NCBI GenBank assembly: GCA_049520555.1
Contig: JBEKPR010000024.1
Span: forward strand, 1,176-65,175
Source: Candidatus Korobacteraceae bacterium
GTDB taxonomy: Bacteria; Acidobacteriota; Terriglobia; Terriglobales; Acidobacteriaceae
Direction: 5' to 3'
Length of the DNA stretch: 64,000 nucleotides
The notes under the pieces: generated by a model
What the model was told of the DNA's origin: nothing
Seen by the model: the letters and a program-made list of their open reading frames with translations, nothing else
The model's database searches: none
Position numbers and translations under genes: made by a program
Shown here: in pieces, positions 27,401 to 36,784 of the stretch
Layout: every line of letters starts with the position of its first letter
Numbering within the stretch: the first letter of the stretch is position 1

Positions 27401-28958
27401 CAAGTATCACGGGAAGGCAAGATTTAACTTGCTTGCGGCAATACCTGCTGAACTGCGGAGCCTGCAAGGGAGCATCGCCTTCAGAGAACTTGAGAGAAAG
27501 TTTGGTCAACCTGACGGAGAACCTCAAGGTCTACGAGGAGGTTTGGTGGGACCGCCAATCCCGAAGGACAAGCTCTCGAGAATGGACGACGAAGCAGTAC
27601 TTGCTGCGATCGCTCACTTCAGCGCCGGAAAGCGGCCCCGACAATATCGAGATTATCTAAAGGGAGGAAACACCGAATTTGCACGAGCAATAGCGCAAAT
27701 GGCAGAGAAAGAACCATACCGATTCGCCAAGCTCGCTCTACGAATGCCGGCTGAATCAGAGCCCGTCTATCTTGATGAACTGTTACGCGGGTTTCAGAAG
27801 GCATCTATCGATGACACCGCAAAGCTCGAGATTTGTGGAAAAGCCTATCGCGAGCACCGAGACAGTTGCGGGCGGGCGCTCGCGGACGTGCTTGGCGCGA
27901 TCGAAACTCCGTTACCCGACGACAGTCTAGAACAACTTGCATGGCTTGCAACTGATAGCTCTGATCCGAAAGAGGAAGTCTGGAAGAAAGACGGTTCTGG
28001 AGGGACCCCCTACTACGGAGGCGATGCCTACACTCATGGAATTAATTCAACCCGAGGGTGCGCAGCCCTCGCAATCGGCAATCTCATTCTCCACGACTCA
28101 GCATACATTCTACGATTCGGTCCGACGCTGCAAAAACTCGCCAACGAGGAAAGTGAAAGTGTCCAATCTTGCGTGGCGTTTACGCTTCGGGCAGTCGCGG
28201 TTTGCGACTATTCGTATGCGATGGCGCTGTTTCAACAATGCTGCGTAAAGGTTCCTTCACTGCCATGCAGCCGCCATGGTTACGAGCTCATCCGCGTCGG
28301 CCTCAGGTATCACTTTGAGTTGCTTCGCCCCTATCTGGAGTCTATGCTCCAAAGCTCCCAGCCCGAGTGTATTGAAGCAGGTACACATCTCGCCTGCATC
28401 GCGGCATTAACAAACAAAAGTGCTGAGGATATAGCAAATGCCACCGCAAATGGCTCGGACAAGCAAAGAGTTGCTGCTGCCCGAATCGCCTCAGCGAACC
28501 TGGGTGTAGAAGAGTGTCGTCCGTGGTGCGAGAAACAGTTGCTCCGCTTTTTCAATGACTCGGATGAGGAAGTGCGGAAAACTGCGGGTGACTGCTTTCG
28601 CCGAATTGAGGAGCAACCCTTAGAAAGCTTTGCCGAACTGATTGAGGCATACTGCCGCAGTGCTGCCTACGAGGACAACTCCCATTCGTTGCTGCAGACC
28701 CTCGATGAGTCCACCGAAAAGTTACCTGGAATCGTCTGCATGGCATGTGAACTGTTCTTGAAACGCTTTGGATGTGAGGCGAGGGACTTCAGCACGGGTC
28801 GAGCAGCGGATGGCTATACAGTCTCCAAATTGATCTTCCGGGTCTACCATCAACATCAGCGGGACGAATGGGCTGCCCGAGCGCTTGATGTGATCGATCA
28901 GTTGTGCCAAGAAGGCGTGGGCGAGGTGATAACACAACTGCAAGAGTTCGACCGGTAG
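24444..28958 (+). CDS. large three-part protein: N-terminal nuclease-like domain, STAND-like P-loop NTPase, C-terminal HEAT/ARM-like repeats (Avs-like defence candidate)
   Basis: ATG at 24444 follows GGGAG; the track start is a TTG at 24429. The N-terminus reads GNRYELWW...IRLEVPGIDKAEFVL...HQAKRS. Walker A is GHAGTGKT (25272-25295) and Walker B is VLIIDQLDA. The ~1000-aa helical tail contains HEAT-like units such as FFNDSDEEVRKTAGDCF. Confidence 0.7.
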   Translation: MPLAGGPADKLGNRYELWWTVIQIQNILHGQWDSIRLEVPGIDKAEFVLSKGCKHVFHQAKRSAIDGKWSLSELSSPNNRVLQGIEGQLRLPQNSYVFVSSSDARELAELSERARDSHSLQEFNDFFVKSKEQLQRLARLQRVWNNCDRATAFEYLRRIEIRVLDENSLKDQALRGAQSLFLAPPTNVCSEMRSLALDSVHRTLTRSEIIAHLAKAGYTMRQVVSFDDAKIVVEAVTERYLQGARSRFIQGRLIPRAATNQLISNIGSAGSDCVLTGHAGTGKTGCLSEFVEKLKSDGVPVLAFRLDRVDPVSTTTELGRKLGLDESPALLLAAACEGRQAVLIIDQLDAISTTSGRTTGFFDAVESLLNEVRGLRMRAEIHVVVACREFDWRNDHRLRKLLPTGHNHIAIGNLDRDQVIEILQKAGYVVGSLNPSQLELLSLPQNLSLFLESGFTSETPLSTALDLYDRYWTVKWTAVAQRTAPTADNWSAAIQALVDGMTASQQLSIRREALDRIPPDYVDQMVSEGVITRDGRRIGFGHESFFDYCFARLFVGKSRSLVEFLLESEQHLFRRAQVRQVLQYLHEDEPSRFCQELEDLINHPQIRIHLKDLALAVAASSTTISSAEWDLWMRLIEPRMVAVRNGSAPDALTVLAWKHFFGSSSLFEHGLQFNLVKGWLESGNDAVADIGFSYLRMHEARFSREAASLLSPFVGQGETWKKRLVWFMQLVNLNGSREMFDLFLRLLEDGTLDEARGPIAVNSTFWNLLYDISDKQPGRVCEIVACWLNRQWRLAQESQTDDQHISSRGDAFADEPITRAANGAPSDYIKHVLPVVLSISSWAKYADDERPRKDRIWPYLMVREHGEAPYDAALTHLQGALAKVSSSNPEELDAYVDTLSQLDTNVGNVLLLSIFAGNGKYFADEAVRLFGKQPWRFQSGLSNNSHWFAQKAIQAICVHCSKEQLAELESTIRAYVSPWEKDRFGYKYHGKARFNLLAAIPAELRSLQGSIAFRELERKFGQPDGEPQGLRGGLVGPPIPKDKLSRMDDEAVLAAIAHFSAGKRPRQYRDYLKGGNTEFARAIAQMAEKEPYRFAKLALRMPAESEPVYLDELLRGFQKASIDDTAKLEICGKAYREHRDSCGRALADVLGAIETPLPDDSLEQLAWLATDSSDPKEEVWKKDGSGGTPYYGGDAYTHGINSTRGCAALAIGNLILHDSAYILRFGPTLQKLANEESESVQSCVAFTLRAVAVCDYSYAMALFQQCCVKVPSLPCSRHGYELIRVGLRYHFELLRPYLESMLQSSQPECIEAGTHLACIAALTNKSAEDIANATANGSDKQRVAAARIASANLGVEECRPWCEKQLLRFFNDSDEEVRKTAGDCFRRIEEQPLESFAELIEAYCRSAAYEDNSHSLLQTLDESTEKLPGIVCMACELFLKRFGCEARDFSTGRAADGYTVSKLIFRVYHQHQRDEWAARALDVIDQLCQEGVGEVITQLQEFDR

Positions 28959-29215
28959 CTCTGCTGGGCTGACGCTTGCCGTTATGACTTCAATTACTTT
29001 GCTGACTCGATCCTGAGTGGAGAGAGCGTCATAATCTTCTCGTGGGTTCAAGCAGGCTCGAAATGCGTACAGTGCGAGGTCGAGCGCTACTGGCGCTTCC
29101 GGAAATCTGGGCGAGTGCTAGTGGATGGCCGACCTGTTGGTGAGCTCCACTTGCGAATTACTCGAAGGGGCAGCTACACCGCTACACCCTCGGTTCTCCC
29201 AGCTGCGACGGACTC

Positions 29216-29641
29216 CTAACGTGGGGAACTCGGCGAGTCGTCGGGCGAGAACAGTTGCGAAGACGACTCCGAGTTTCGCCGCGCTTCACTATGCCGCAGG
29301 CGCTCCACGGCCGTGGTGAGTTTCTGCGCGTCGGCCCAATGGATAACCTCTTGCACCTTCTCTGGCGATAGTCTTTCTTCATTTCCGAGAGCGCGCAGCA
29401 GGTTGATCGTAATCATCCTCAGGCCGACAACCTCGCCCAGAAGCGTCTCCTCGGCGAGGCTGGCCACAGGTGGCTTCAATTGCGCAAGAAGTACATCGCG
29501 GCACCACTCGCCTACGGTTAGCCCGCGATGTTGAGCCAACGCCGCAAGCTGCGTGTACTCTTCCTCCGTGACCTTCGCTCCAGCCGATCTTGTGCGCGAA
29601 ATACCCATCATTAACTTAAGAACCTCCCTCACCGCCGCCAT
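29216..29641 (-). CDS. ribbon-helix-helix protein (MobC/CopG-like)
   Basis: ISRTRSAGAKVTEEEYTQLAALAQHRGLTVGEWCRDVLLAQL fits the MobC-type RHH pattern. A possible alternative start is at 29611. Confidence 0.5.
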   Translation of the reverse strand: MAAVREVLKLMMGISRTRSAGAKVTEEEYTQLAALAQHRGLTVGEWCRDVLLAQLKPPVASLAEETLLGEVVGLRMITINLLRALGNEERLSPEKVQEVIHWADAQKLTTAVERLRHSEARRNSESSSQLFSPDDSPSSPR

Positions 29642-29898
29642 CGTGTACTGCGGGCAGTCTAGGACAATCGAAGCATCTCGTCCAACGCAGCAGAAGCCTC
29701 AGTTTTCGCGGAATCTGCACTCTCAGCGAGTTCCTGTTCAGCGCCCGTCGGGCGCTGTGCAGCACCCTTTCAGGGGTGGCGTGTCAATGCTCCTCCCGCT
29801 GCCGCAGGCAGCGCGCTCTTGGGATGATGGCCGCGGAAGGGTCTTACGGGACTGACACGGATGCCGGAACTGCGATGCTGGATCCCCCACAGACAGCA

Positions 29899-29920
29899 AG
29901 GCCGCCCCCGAAGGCGGCCT
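29899..29920 (-). terminator. GC-rich hairpin downstream of the RHS/immunity operon
   Basis: AGGCCGCC-cccgaa-GGCGGCCT: an 8-bp stem with a 6-nt loop, 39 nt past the immunity stop. On the minus strand it is followed by a moderately U-rich UGCUGUCUGU. Confidence 0.45.
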
Positions 29921-29958
29921 ATGGAGAGATAAGGGATGCTGCATAGCGCAACCAGATT

Positions 29959-30348
29959 TCAGCCTAGAGAACTGGCCCCGTCGCTCCTGTTCATCACCTT
30001 CTCAATGAGTTTGAAGCATCCATACATGATGCCGTAATCCAGTACCCCCAGGGGCAAAAGCGCGTAACCGGGATAGCTCTTGTCGGTCCAAGGGATGAGC
30101 AGAACGAAAAACAGATGAAGGGCGATCAGGATCGCTGCTGTTGTCCAGAACCATACGTGTTTCCTCAAGTCCCAGCAGGCTCTAACAACTGTCATGCTCA
30201 CGCCAACAGAGATTGCTGCGGCTCTCCCCCTCCCTGGGTCTCCCAGAAGTGCAAACAGAAAGAATGGAGGTACCATGCATAGGATTACCATTAGAAGCCA
30301 TTTGCGAGTGAACACGTTGCGAGATTGATTTTCATTCAGCTCTGTCAT
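29959..30348 (-). CDS. candidate immunity protein (polytopic membrane protein)
   Basis: MTELNEN... starts at an ATG sharing one nt with the RHS stop (TGATG), implying translational coupling. It has about four hydrophobic helices (LLMVILCMVPPFFLFALL, AAAISVGVSMTVV, FWTTAAILIALHLFFVLLI, ALLPLGVLDYGIMYGCF). Confidence 0.55.
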   Translation of the reverse strand: MTELNENQSRNVFTRKWLLMVILCMVPPFFLFALLGDPGRGRAAAISVGVSMTVVRACWDLRKHVWFWTTAAILIALHLFFVLLIPWTDKSYPGYALLPLGVLDYGIMYGCFKLIEKVMNRSDGASSLG

Positions 30349-33300
30349 CAGTGCCCCGCCATGCATGATTGGTAGTCCTTATAGGTGTGCCATGCATCGT
30401 TCAAGCCCCCAGCCCCACTAACCAGTGCTCCGAGGACCGGCACTGCCTTCGCCCCAGTCAGCACAAGAGCTGACAATTGGAACCCAGCTATACTCCCGAG
30501 GGCACCAGGCGTATCTCCATTCGCGGCGCTATTGATGGTAGATGCGGCACCCACTGCCATCCCGCCTAGGGCCACGCCAAGGTCTCCACCAGGCAAGAAA
30601 CCAGCCCCAACACCAGCGAGGTCAAGCGTAAGTGCCACTCCATTTCTGCGCAAAGCGTCGGCGAGGCATTTTTGCTTCTTCTTGGAATCGTCGCAAAGGC
30701 CCAGTGGATCAATCAGGTTGATGGGATTGCTGCGGGTGTAGTCGTAGAAGTTGATCCCGCCCAGGAACTCGATCGGATCGCGGTTGATGAATCGTCCGGT
30801 TACTCCGTCCAGGGCGCGATAGGTGCCGAGATTCAGAGCACTGGCAGGATGGTACAGCAACCCTGCGAAGTGGTAATCGGTGGGCGTGTAGCCAAAGCTG
30901 CGGTCGAAGCTACCATAGGGCGCGTAATCATAGGCATCGAGCAGGACGCCTGTCGCCCCCTCGAGCACATCTCGCACCGAGCCCAACTGGTCAGGCATGT
31001 AGATCAGGGGTTCCCCGTTTGGGACGTCCAGTTCCCCCTCGGCCATATGGCGCCGCAGCACGGTGTCGCCGCCGTCCCGGGTCTGGCATAGATGGCCATT
31101 ATGGCACCAGAGATAGCGGAAGGTATTTGTGCCGCCTAGAGCGCCGGTCTCAACGTCGATGATTCTCCGCCCCAGCCCGTCATAGGAAAACTGCGACTTG
31201 GCATTGCTGCCCACGTAATCGATCTCCACCAGCCGGTTCTCCGCGTCCCACTTGTAGGTGCGGGTTCCGTCGCCACTCAGGGTGTTACCGTTGGCATCAT
31301 AGAAATAATTGCTCCCACCCCAAGTGCTGATCTCGTTCAGGGGATTGTAGGTCGCTTGCGTTTTGTTCGCGCCGATCGTGACGCTGGTCGCGTTGTCAAC
31401 CAGATCGTAACCATATGCATGGTAGTTAATTGGCGGGGCAAACGTGGCGCTGAGCAGGCGGTCGCTGAGGTCGTAGGTGTAAGTGTGAGTGTCGCCACCG
31501 AACGGATGGCCCGGTGCCGGCGACTCTGTGATCGACATTACATCATAAGGATTGTTAGCGCCTCCACCTCCCGGAATGACATAGCTGAGCGTGTAGCTGC
31601 GGGTAACACCGCTGTTGTTGATGGCGATGAGTCGGCGGTCGTTATTATTGGTGTCGTAGCTCCAGCCAGTGCTTACGTAAATTCCGGTTCGCGATCTCAA
31701 ATTTCGCAGTGTCACCTGGTTGGTCTGTCCCAGATAATAGTAGAAAAAGGTCCCGACGCCTGAATGGGAAGTGAGGCGGCTGATGGCGTCGTAGCCGAAG
31801 GTCTCATTAGCTCCAGGGATACTACGTGTGCTCATGCGCCCGAGCGCGTCATAGGCATAGCTAATTGAGTCGTTGTTGAACGGTCCAGTTTCGGAGGCTA
31901 GTTGGAGGGCGCCGTTCGTACCGATCGGAGTATAGGTGTAGCTCGTGGTACCGGTGCCGTCCGTCATGGAAGTCAGGCGCGGGAAGTATGGATCGTAGCC
32001 GAAGGTTACGTTCGGCGTTGGGTTAGCGGCATTGGTGTATGTGATCCCGGTCAGACGATCATCGAGCCCGTAGCTATAGTTTTTCATTTGACTGAGCGCG
32101 TCCGTGAGCGACTTCAGCCGACTGGTGGTTTGTTCATACGTCAGAGTTTCAGTTTCTGCATAAGCCGTGCCATAGGCATAGGTCTTCGAGATCGGACGGC
32201 CCTCAAGGTCTATCTCCCAGTGTGTTACGTTGCCGTTCGCATCTGTGATGTCTTTGAGCACTCCATTTTCATAATAGTCGTAAGTCGTGGTGCGACCGTT
32301 ATTGCCTATGGGCTCGGTCACACTGGTCACTCGCCGATCGGCGTCGTAGCCATAGGTCGTCACCCGCCCGAGCCGGTCAGTATGCTTGCGGAGCTCAAGG
32401 CTAGGTGTGCCTTGAAGAGGCCCGCTCTGAAAAGTCCAGTCGTATAGGTCGCTCGTTCCATCCGGATAGGTGATCTGCGTCACACGGTCAAGATTGTCGT
32501 AATTGTAGGTTAGCGTGTATCCCTCGGAATCCGTTCGGGTGCGCACCCGGTCGGCCGAGTCATAAGTAAGCGTGAGCACGGTCTGGTGGTTAGGGTTCTG
32601 CACCGTGGATAAGCGGCCCGTAGAGTCGTAGTTAAAAGTTGTCAGGCCAGAGTTCGGATCCGTGATAGTGGCGAGCTGTCCGGCTGCGTTATACGTATAC
32701 TGCCACGCCTTCCCGTCGGCTCCGGTATAGGTTTGCGGCTCGTGCTGGTTGTTGTAGTTGGAGAATGCTGCGATGGTCTGAAGACCCGACGATGTATTCT
32801 GCTGGACGGTCAGCAGGTCGATATTGTTGGAGGCGTAGGTAAACTGAGTTAACCGGCCGAGCGCATCAGTGATAGAGGTGGGCTTCCCACCGAAGCCGCC
32901 GTTGCCGCCGTTATACGTAGCTCTTGTCAGTTGCGTCGATCCACTGTCAAGCACGCGACCGGCAGCGCTAGGCCGGTCGAGAGATCCATTTTCAAGGGAT
33001 GACGGCTGATTTGGGTAATTGTACCAGATGCGGTTTTCGAGAGACGGCTTGATACTTTCTGGCGTCCTGCCCGTCACATTAGGGAAATTGTTCTGATCGT
33101 GCACCCAGTGCGTGGTGTGCGAGTCGTAAGGATTTTCGGTGTGAATGCTGCCGTCGGGATTCAGCGTCACTGCGCCGGGGTAGTTAAAAGCGTGCTTGTC
33201 ATAGTAGTAGGTGTTGCGATACTCCAGATATGCATTGGTGAGATTCATGCCCGATGGCAGCGTGTTTGAAGGATCGGAGTCGTGGATGAAATTCGGGTAT

Positions 33301-35390
33301 TGATAAAAATATAGAAACTCGGTGTAGCCGAGTGGATCCTTCATCGTGAGCGCCCGCGTGCTCCCGTCCCCCGTTGGGTCGCCGGTAGGCAGCGCGTCAG
33401 AGAAAACCGAAACGCCATAAGGAGTGGTCAAGTTGGTTATGAAGTTCGGCTCAGTCACTGAATATGTAAAGCTTGAGGTGATTCCAATCGGATCAGTAAT
33501 GGAGGCGAGACGCTGGATGGAGTCATACGTGAGCTGTGAATAGCGTCCGAACGCATCGGTGATTCTCGTAATCAGCAGCGGATAATTTGCAAGACCATAG
33601 GTAAAAGTCGTGCTGCGCCCCATGGCATCAGTGACTGAAGTAAGGCGGAAACGGCTATCATAGTTCAGGGTGGTAATGTTGCCTGCGGGATCGATAACCT
33701 CAGTCAGGAACATGATACGGGGAAACGTCTGCGCACCGTTAGACAGGGCGTATACCTCTGTGCTGCCATCCGGCAGATTGCGCTGGTAAGAGGTCGCCGG
33801 ACCGGTCGGCGGAATGCGCACTAGCTGGGAGTCGTCGTATGTCTCGGCAGTAAAAGTGCCGTTGCCAGAGTTATAGCTTCCTGCAGGATAGACAATGCCC
33901 CCACCTCCAGAAGCGTAGCGGCTGACCGAGGCCCCTGGACTGTTGGGATCGTCTTGGATGTAGGCAAGCCAGCTGAACGTCCATTTTGGACTCACATTCG
34001 AGAAGCTGAAATTCGCAGGTTGTTGGTCTTCGCGCTGATTGTAGAATAGTGTTACCAGGGCAGAAGGACCCTTTTGGGGTCGGTAGCCCACTGGCGTATC
34101 AGTCAGGTTGAGGCTCACCGACATCATAATGGCATCGGCGACGGTCATCTGGGGAGCGCAACTATTCTGCGCGGGAGCGACTTGCGGAGCGTCCCCGTTG
34201 CAGTCGGCATGCTTGTCGTTCGTCGTCGTCGTGCCCGGAAGGTCTTGATTGGTGACACCCATTCCATATACCGCACGAGCTTCATCCGAATCGGCGTTCA
34301 CCGTGCGCCAGCCACTCTTTGGAGCGGCATCAAACACGGAAGCGGGAACCAGAAAGTATCCGCTGCTCTCGGCGTCAATCGCCTTTGCGGTAAGCAGGGC
34401 ACCTGCGTTGCCTCCAAAGGTTGGGTCTAGCACCTGGTACAGCCCTTGCTGTTTACCTGTTATGGCCGCATAGTGATGGGCGTTCCAGTTAACCACCGAC
34501 GGCACGGGGACAGGCTGGCCTGGATCACGGTGAATCAGCTTATAGTTGAGCTGCGTCTCATCGGCGAGCGCCGCCAGTTGCGCAAGCGAAAATCCATGCG
34601 GACCGGAACGCGCGTCGTCTGCGATCTTTATCTCACTGGGGCTGGCTTTTAGGGTGGTCAACAGGTTCTCGAGCGCTTTGGGCCCGCAGAGATAAGCGAC
34701 GCTAGGGTTATGTTGAAACTCCCACAGCCCTTCGTGCGCGCCCTGTATCATTTCTGTTGCCGAGCCGCTAATCGGACGCTGTCCAATGTCCGCGAACAAG
34801 GCCTCAAGTTCCTTCTCGTGTCCCAACCGTGCGTGCATCCGGGCGAGTTCACCGACGGCGCGATCCACCATGATTCTGGCCTGCGGCGTTGTGGCATTCC
34901 GTCCAAGCACCCAAGCTTGCTGCCACGATGTAAGCGCCCGGGTGAAATAACCCGCATAATAGTAGCCGACGCCGAGATCGGTAAGTATGGCCGCATTCCA
35001 GGGCGAGCCTGGATGCATAGACGCATAGGCTACAAGCGGTTTGGCATAATCCGCGAAGTCGGCTTGAGGATCCGAATTCACAGGTGCCTTTTTGTAGGCG
35101 GCAATTGCGGCATCAAGATCGGCATCCTCTTCGTGTGTCGTTGGGCCCGTCGCAACAAGTGGCTCCTCCAATCCGGGGACAAATCGCATCGGCGGCGGCG
35201 GCGGTAACTGCACCTGCGGCGGAGCTTTGGGTATGACCGTCGGAATCGGGTGCGAAGATGCGGACAACTTAGGCGAGAGTGAGGCCTGTTGGCGCTGATT
35301 ATCAGATGCAAGACTGACACTTGAAGCTGACATGGTCAAAAGCAGCGTCAGGCAAAACACAAAGCGCTGTGGAACGTGCCGATGGCGCAT
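30348..35390 (-). CDS. secreted RHS/YD-repeat toxin with N-terminal C39-like peptidase domain and glycine-zipper C-terminal domain
   Basis: ATG at 35390 follows AGGAG. Signal peptide: MRHRHVPQRFVFCLTLLLTMSASSVSLA. There are dozens of YD repeats (YxYDxxGRL), an RHS core end (FINRDPIEFLGGINFYDYTRSNPINLIDPLGL) and a 115-aa tail. Confidence 0.9.
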   Translation of the reverse strand: MRHRHVPQRFVFCLTLLLTMSASSVSLASDNQRQQASLSPKLSASSHPIPTVIPKAPPQVQLPPPPPMRFVPGLEEPLVATGPTTHEEDADLDAAIAAYKKAPVNSDPQADFADYAKPLVAYASMHPGSPWNAAILTDLGVGYYYAGYFTRALTSWQQAWVLGRNATTPQARIMVDRAVGELARMHARLGHEKELEALFADIGQRPISGSATEMIQGAHEGLWEFQHNPSVAYLCGPKALENLLTTLKASPSEIKIADDARSGPHGFSLAQLAALADETQLNYKLIHRDPGQPVPVPSVVNWNAHHYAAITGKQQGLYQVLDPTFGGNAGALLTAKAIDAESSGYFLVPASVFDAAPKSGWRTVNADSDEARAVYGMGVTNQDLPGTTTTNDKHADCNGDAPQVAPAQNSCAPQMTVADAIMMSVSLNLTDTPVGYRPQKGPSALVTLFYNQREDQQPANFSFSNVSPKWTFSWLAYIQDDPNSPGASVSRYASGGGGIVYPAGSYNSGNGTFTAETYDDSQLVRIPPTGPATSYQRNLPDGSTEVYALSNGAQTFPRIMFLTEVIDPAGNITTLNYDSRFRLTSVTDAMGRSTTFTYGLANYPLLITRITDAFGRYSQLTYDSIQRLASITDPIGITSSFTYSVTEPNFITNLTTPYGVSVFSDALPTGDPTGDGSTRALTMKDPLGYTEFLYFYQYPNFIHDSDPSNTLPSGMNLTNAYLEYRNTYYYDKHAFNYPGAVTLNPDGSIHTENPYDSHTTHWVHDQNNFPNVTGRTPESIKPSLENRIWYNYPNQPSSLENGSLDRPSAAGRVLDSGSTQLTRATYNGGNGGFGGKPTSITDALGRLTQFTYASNNIDLLTVQQNTSSGLQTIAAFSNYNNQHEPQTYTGADGKAWQYTYNAAGQLATITDPNSGLTTFNYDSTGRLSTVQNPNHQTVLTLTYDSADRVRTRTDSEGYTLTYNYDNLDRVTQITYPDGTSDLYDWTFQSGPLQGTPSLELRKHTDRLGRVTTYGYDADRRVTSVTEPIGNNGRTTTYDYYENGVLKDITDANGNVTHWEIDLEGRPISKTYAYGTAYAETETLTYEQTTSRLKSLTDALSQMKNYSYGLDDRLTGITYTNAANPTPNVTFGYDPYFPRLTSMTDGTGTTSYTYTPIGTNGALQLASETGPFNNDSISYAYDALGRMSTRSIPGANETFGYDAISRLTSHSGVGTFFYYYLGQTNQVTLRNLRSRTGIYVSTGWSYDTNNNDRRLIAINNSGVTRSYTLSYVIPGGGGANNPYDVMSITESPAPGHPFGGDTHTYTYDLSDRLLSATFAPPINYHAYGYDLVDNATSVTIGANKTQATYNPLNEISTWGGSNYFYDANGNTLSGDGTRTYKWDAENRLVEIDYVGSNAKSQFSYDGLGRRIIDVETGALGGTNTFRYLWCHNGHLCQTRDGGDTVLRRHMAEGELDVPNGEPLIYMPDQLGSVRDVLEGATGVLLDAYDYAPYGSFDRSFGYTPTDYHFAGLLYHPASALNLGTYRALDGVTGRFINRDPIEFLGGINFYDYTRSNPINLIDPLGLCDDSKKKQKCLADALRRNGVALTLDLAGVGAGFLPGGDLGVALGGMAVGAASTINSAANGDTPGALGSIAGFQLSALVLTGAKAVPVLGALVSGAGGLNDAWHTYKDYQSCMAGH

Positions 35391-35797
35391 CACGAAGCTC
35401 CTGATGAACAAAATTGCCAATTTGCACAGATAAGAGCAGAATTCGGATCGGAAGAGATGATAAGAAAGTGGTGCAGAGTTTCTTCGATATCCTAGAGGCT
35501 GTCAAGACCACTTAAGTGTGTTTACGAGAAAGTGACCTTACCCCTAGATTCATCCGCCTGAGCATACGAGATTCCTGGGTTCCTAGTGTCCAATTTGTCT
35601 TTCGCTTCGCCTTCCTAGCTTGTTTTTCCTTCACTACCGAGATGGACCTGGGTCAAGGCCGAGCGTAGCGATCCAGCAGATCTTGCTCTTTACCCAGCAG
35701 CGTCGCCTGAAACTCGACTTGCGATGGTGCTGGTCGCCTATAAGCTGCGAGTGGCCTCAGGCCGGGCACCTGTCGTAATGACAGGTGCACTCATCCT

Positions 35798-36784
35798 TGT
35801 GTGGGGAATCCGGTCGAAGGTGAACGCGATTCCGGTCTGAAGCCGAACACGATTCCGTTGTGATTCCGAACAGCATTCCGGTCCGAAGGTGAACGCCGAT
35901 TCCGGTGGGAAGGCGAACAGTTCTTGTCGCCTAGCGGAATGGCGTTCGGCTTGGAGCGGAATGTTTTCCACAGACGAACAGCAGGAGGTGAAGCGACGCT
36001 GGACAATCACCCGGCATTGAAACTCCATCACTGAAGGAGGACAGGGTGCCGGCCAGGAGAAAGTCCATGCGAAAAGTCAAAGAGGTCCTGCGGTTGAGGT
36101 TCGAGTTGGGGCTGGGACAGCGCCAGATCGCGCGCAGTTGCGGAATGGGGCTGGGCACGGTCCACGAGTATCTGGAACGGGCGGTCCGGGATCGGTTGGC
36201 CGTTGCCGGAAGGCTTGGGCGAAGAAGAACTGGAAGCCAAGCTGTTTGGGAACCACCCCGTGCAGGCCGGAGCGGTGCGACAGTGGTCACAACCGGATTG
36301 GAACACCATCCATCAGCAACTGCGGCAACATCGTCATCTGACCCTGCAGTTGGTGTGGGAAGAATACCGGCAAGCGCATCCCGAAGGGTATCGCTACAGT
36401 TGGTTTTGCGAGCGCTATCAGCACTGGCGGCGGCACCTGGATGTGGTCTTGCGCCAGGAACACAAGGCCGGCGAAAAGATGTTCGTGGACTGGGCGGGGG
36501 CAACGATTCCCGTCTATGACAGTACGACCGGGCAAGCCTGGCCGGCATCGTTGTTTGTTTCCGTGCTGGGTGCCAGTTCCTACACCTACGCAGAAGCGAC
36601 TCGCGATCAGCAACTGGAAGCCTGGATTCAGGCGCACATCCACGCCCTGGAGTTTTTCGGAGGGGTGCCGATTCTGGTAGTGCCCGATAACACCAAGACG
36701 GCCGTCACCCGCGCCTGCCGTTACGATCCGGACCTGAATCCCACCTATCAAGAGTTCGCGGTGCATTACGGGAGCCTAACATAG
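35798..36784 (+). mobile_element. IS21-family remnant (left end plus damaged istA; no istB, no right end)
   Basis: Five ~23-bp direct repeats of (G)ATTCCGGTnnGAAGnnGAACnc lie at 35806-35920, with an inverted copy at 35934-35963. This resembles the multiple terminal repeats of IS21 ends. The istA-like ORF follows. Confidence 0.65.
36046..36784 (+). pseudogene. istA: IS21-family IstA transposase, frameshifted and 3'-truncated
   Basis: MRKVKEVLRLRFELGLGQRQIARSCGMGLGTVHEYLERA is followed by a frame change near 36185. The second frame reads GIGWPLPEGLGEEELEAKLF...FVDWAGATIPV...VPDNTKTAV and stops after AVHYGS (~245 of an expected ~500 aa). Confidence 0.75.
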
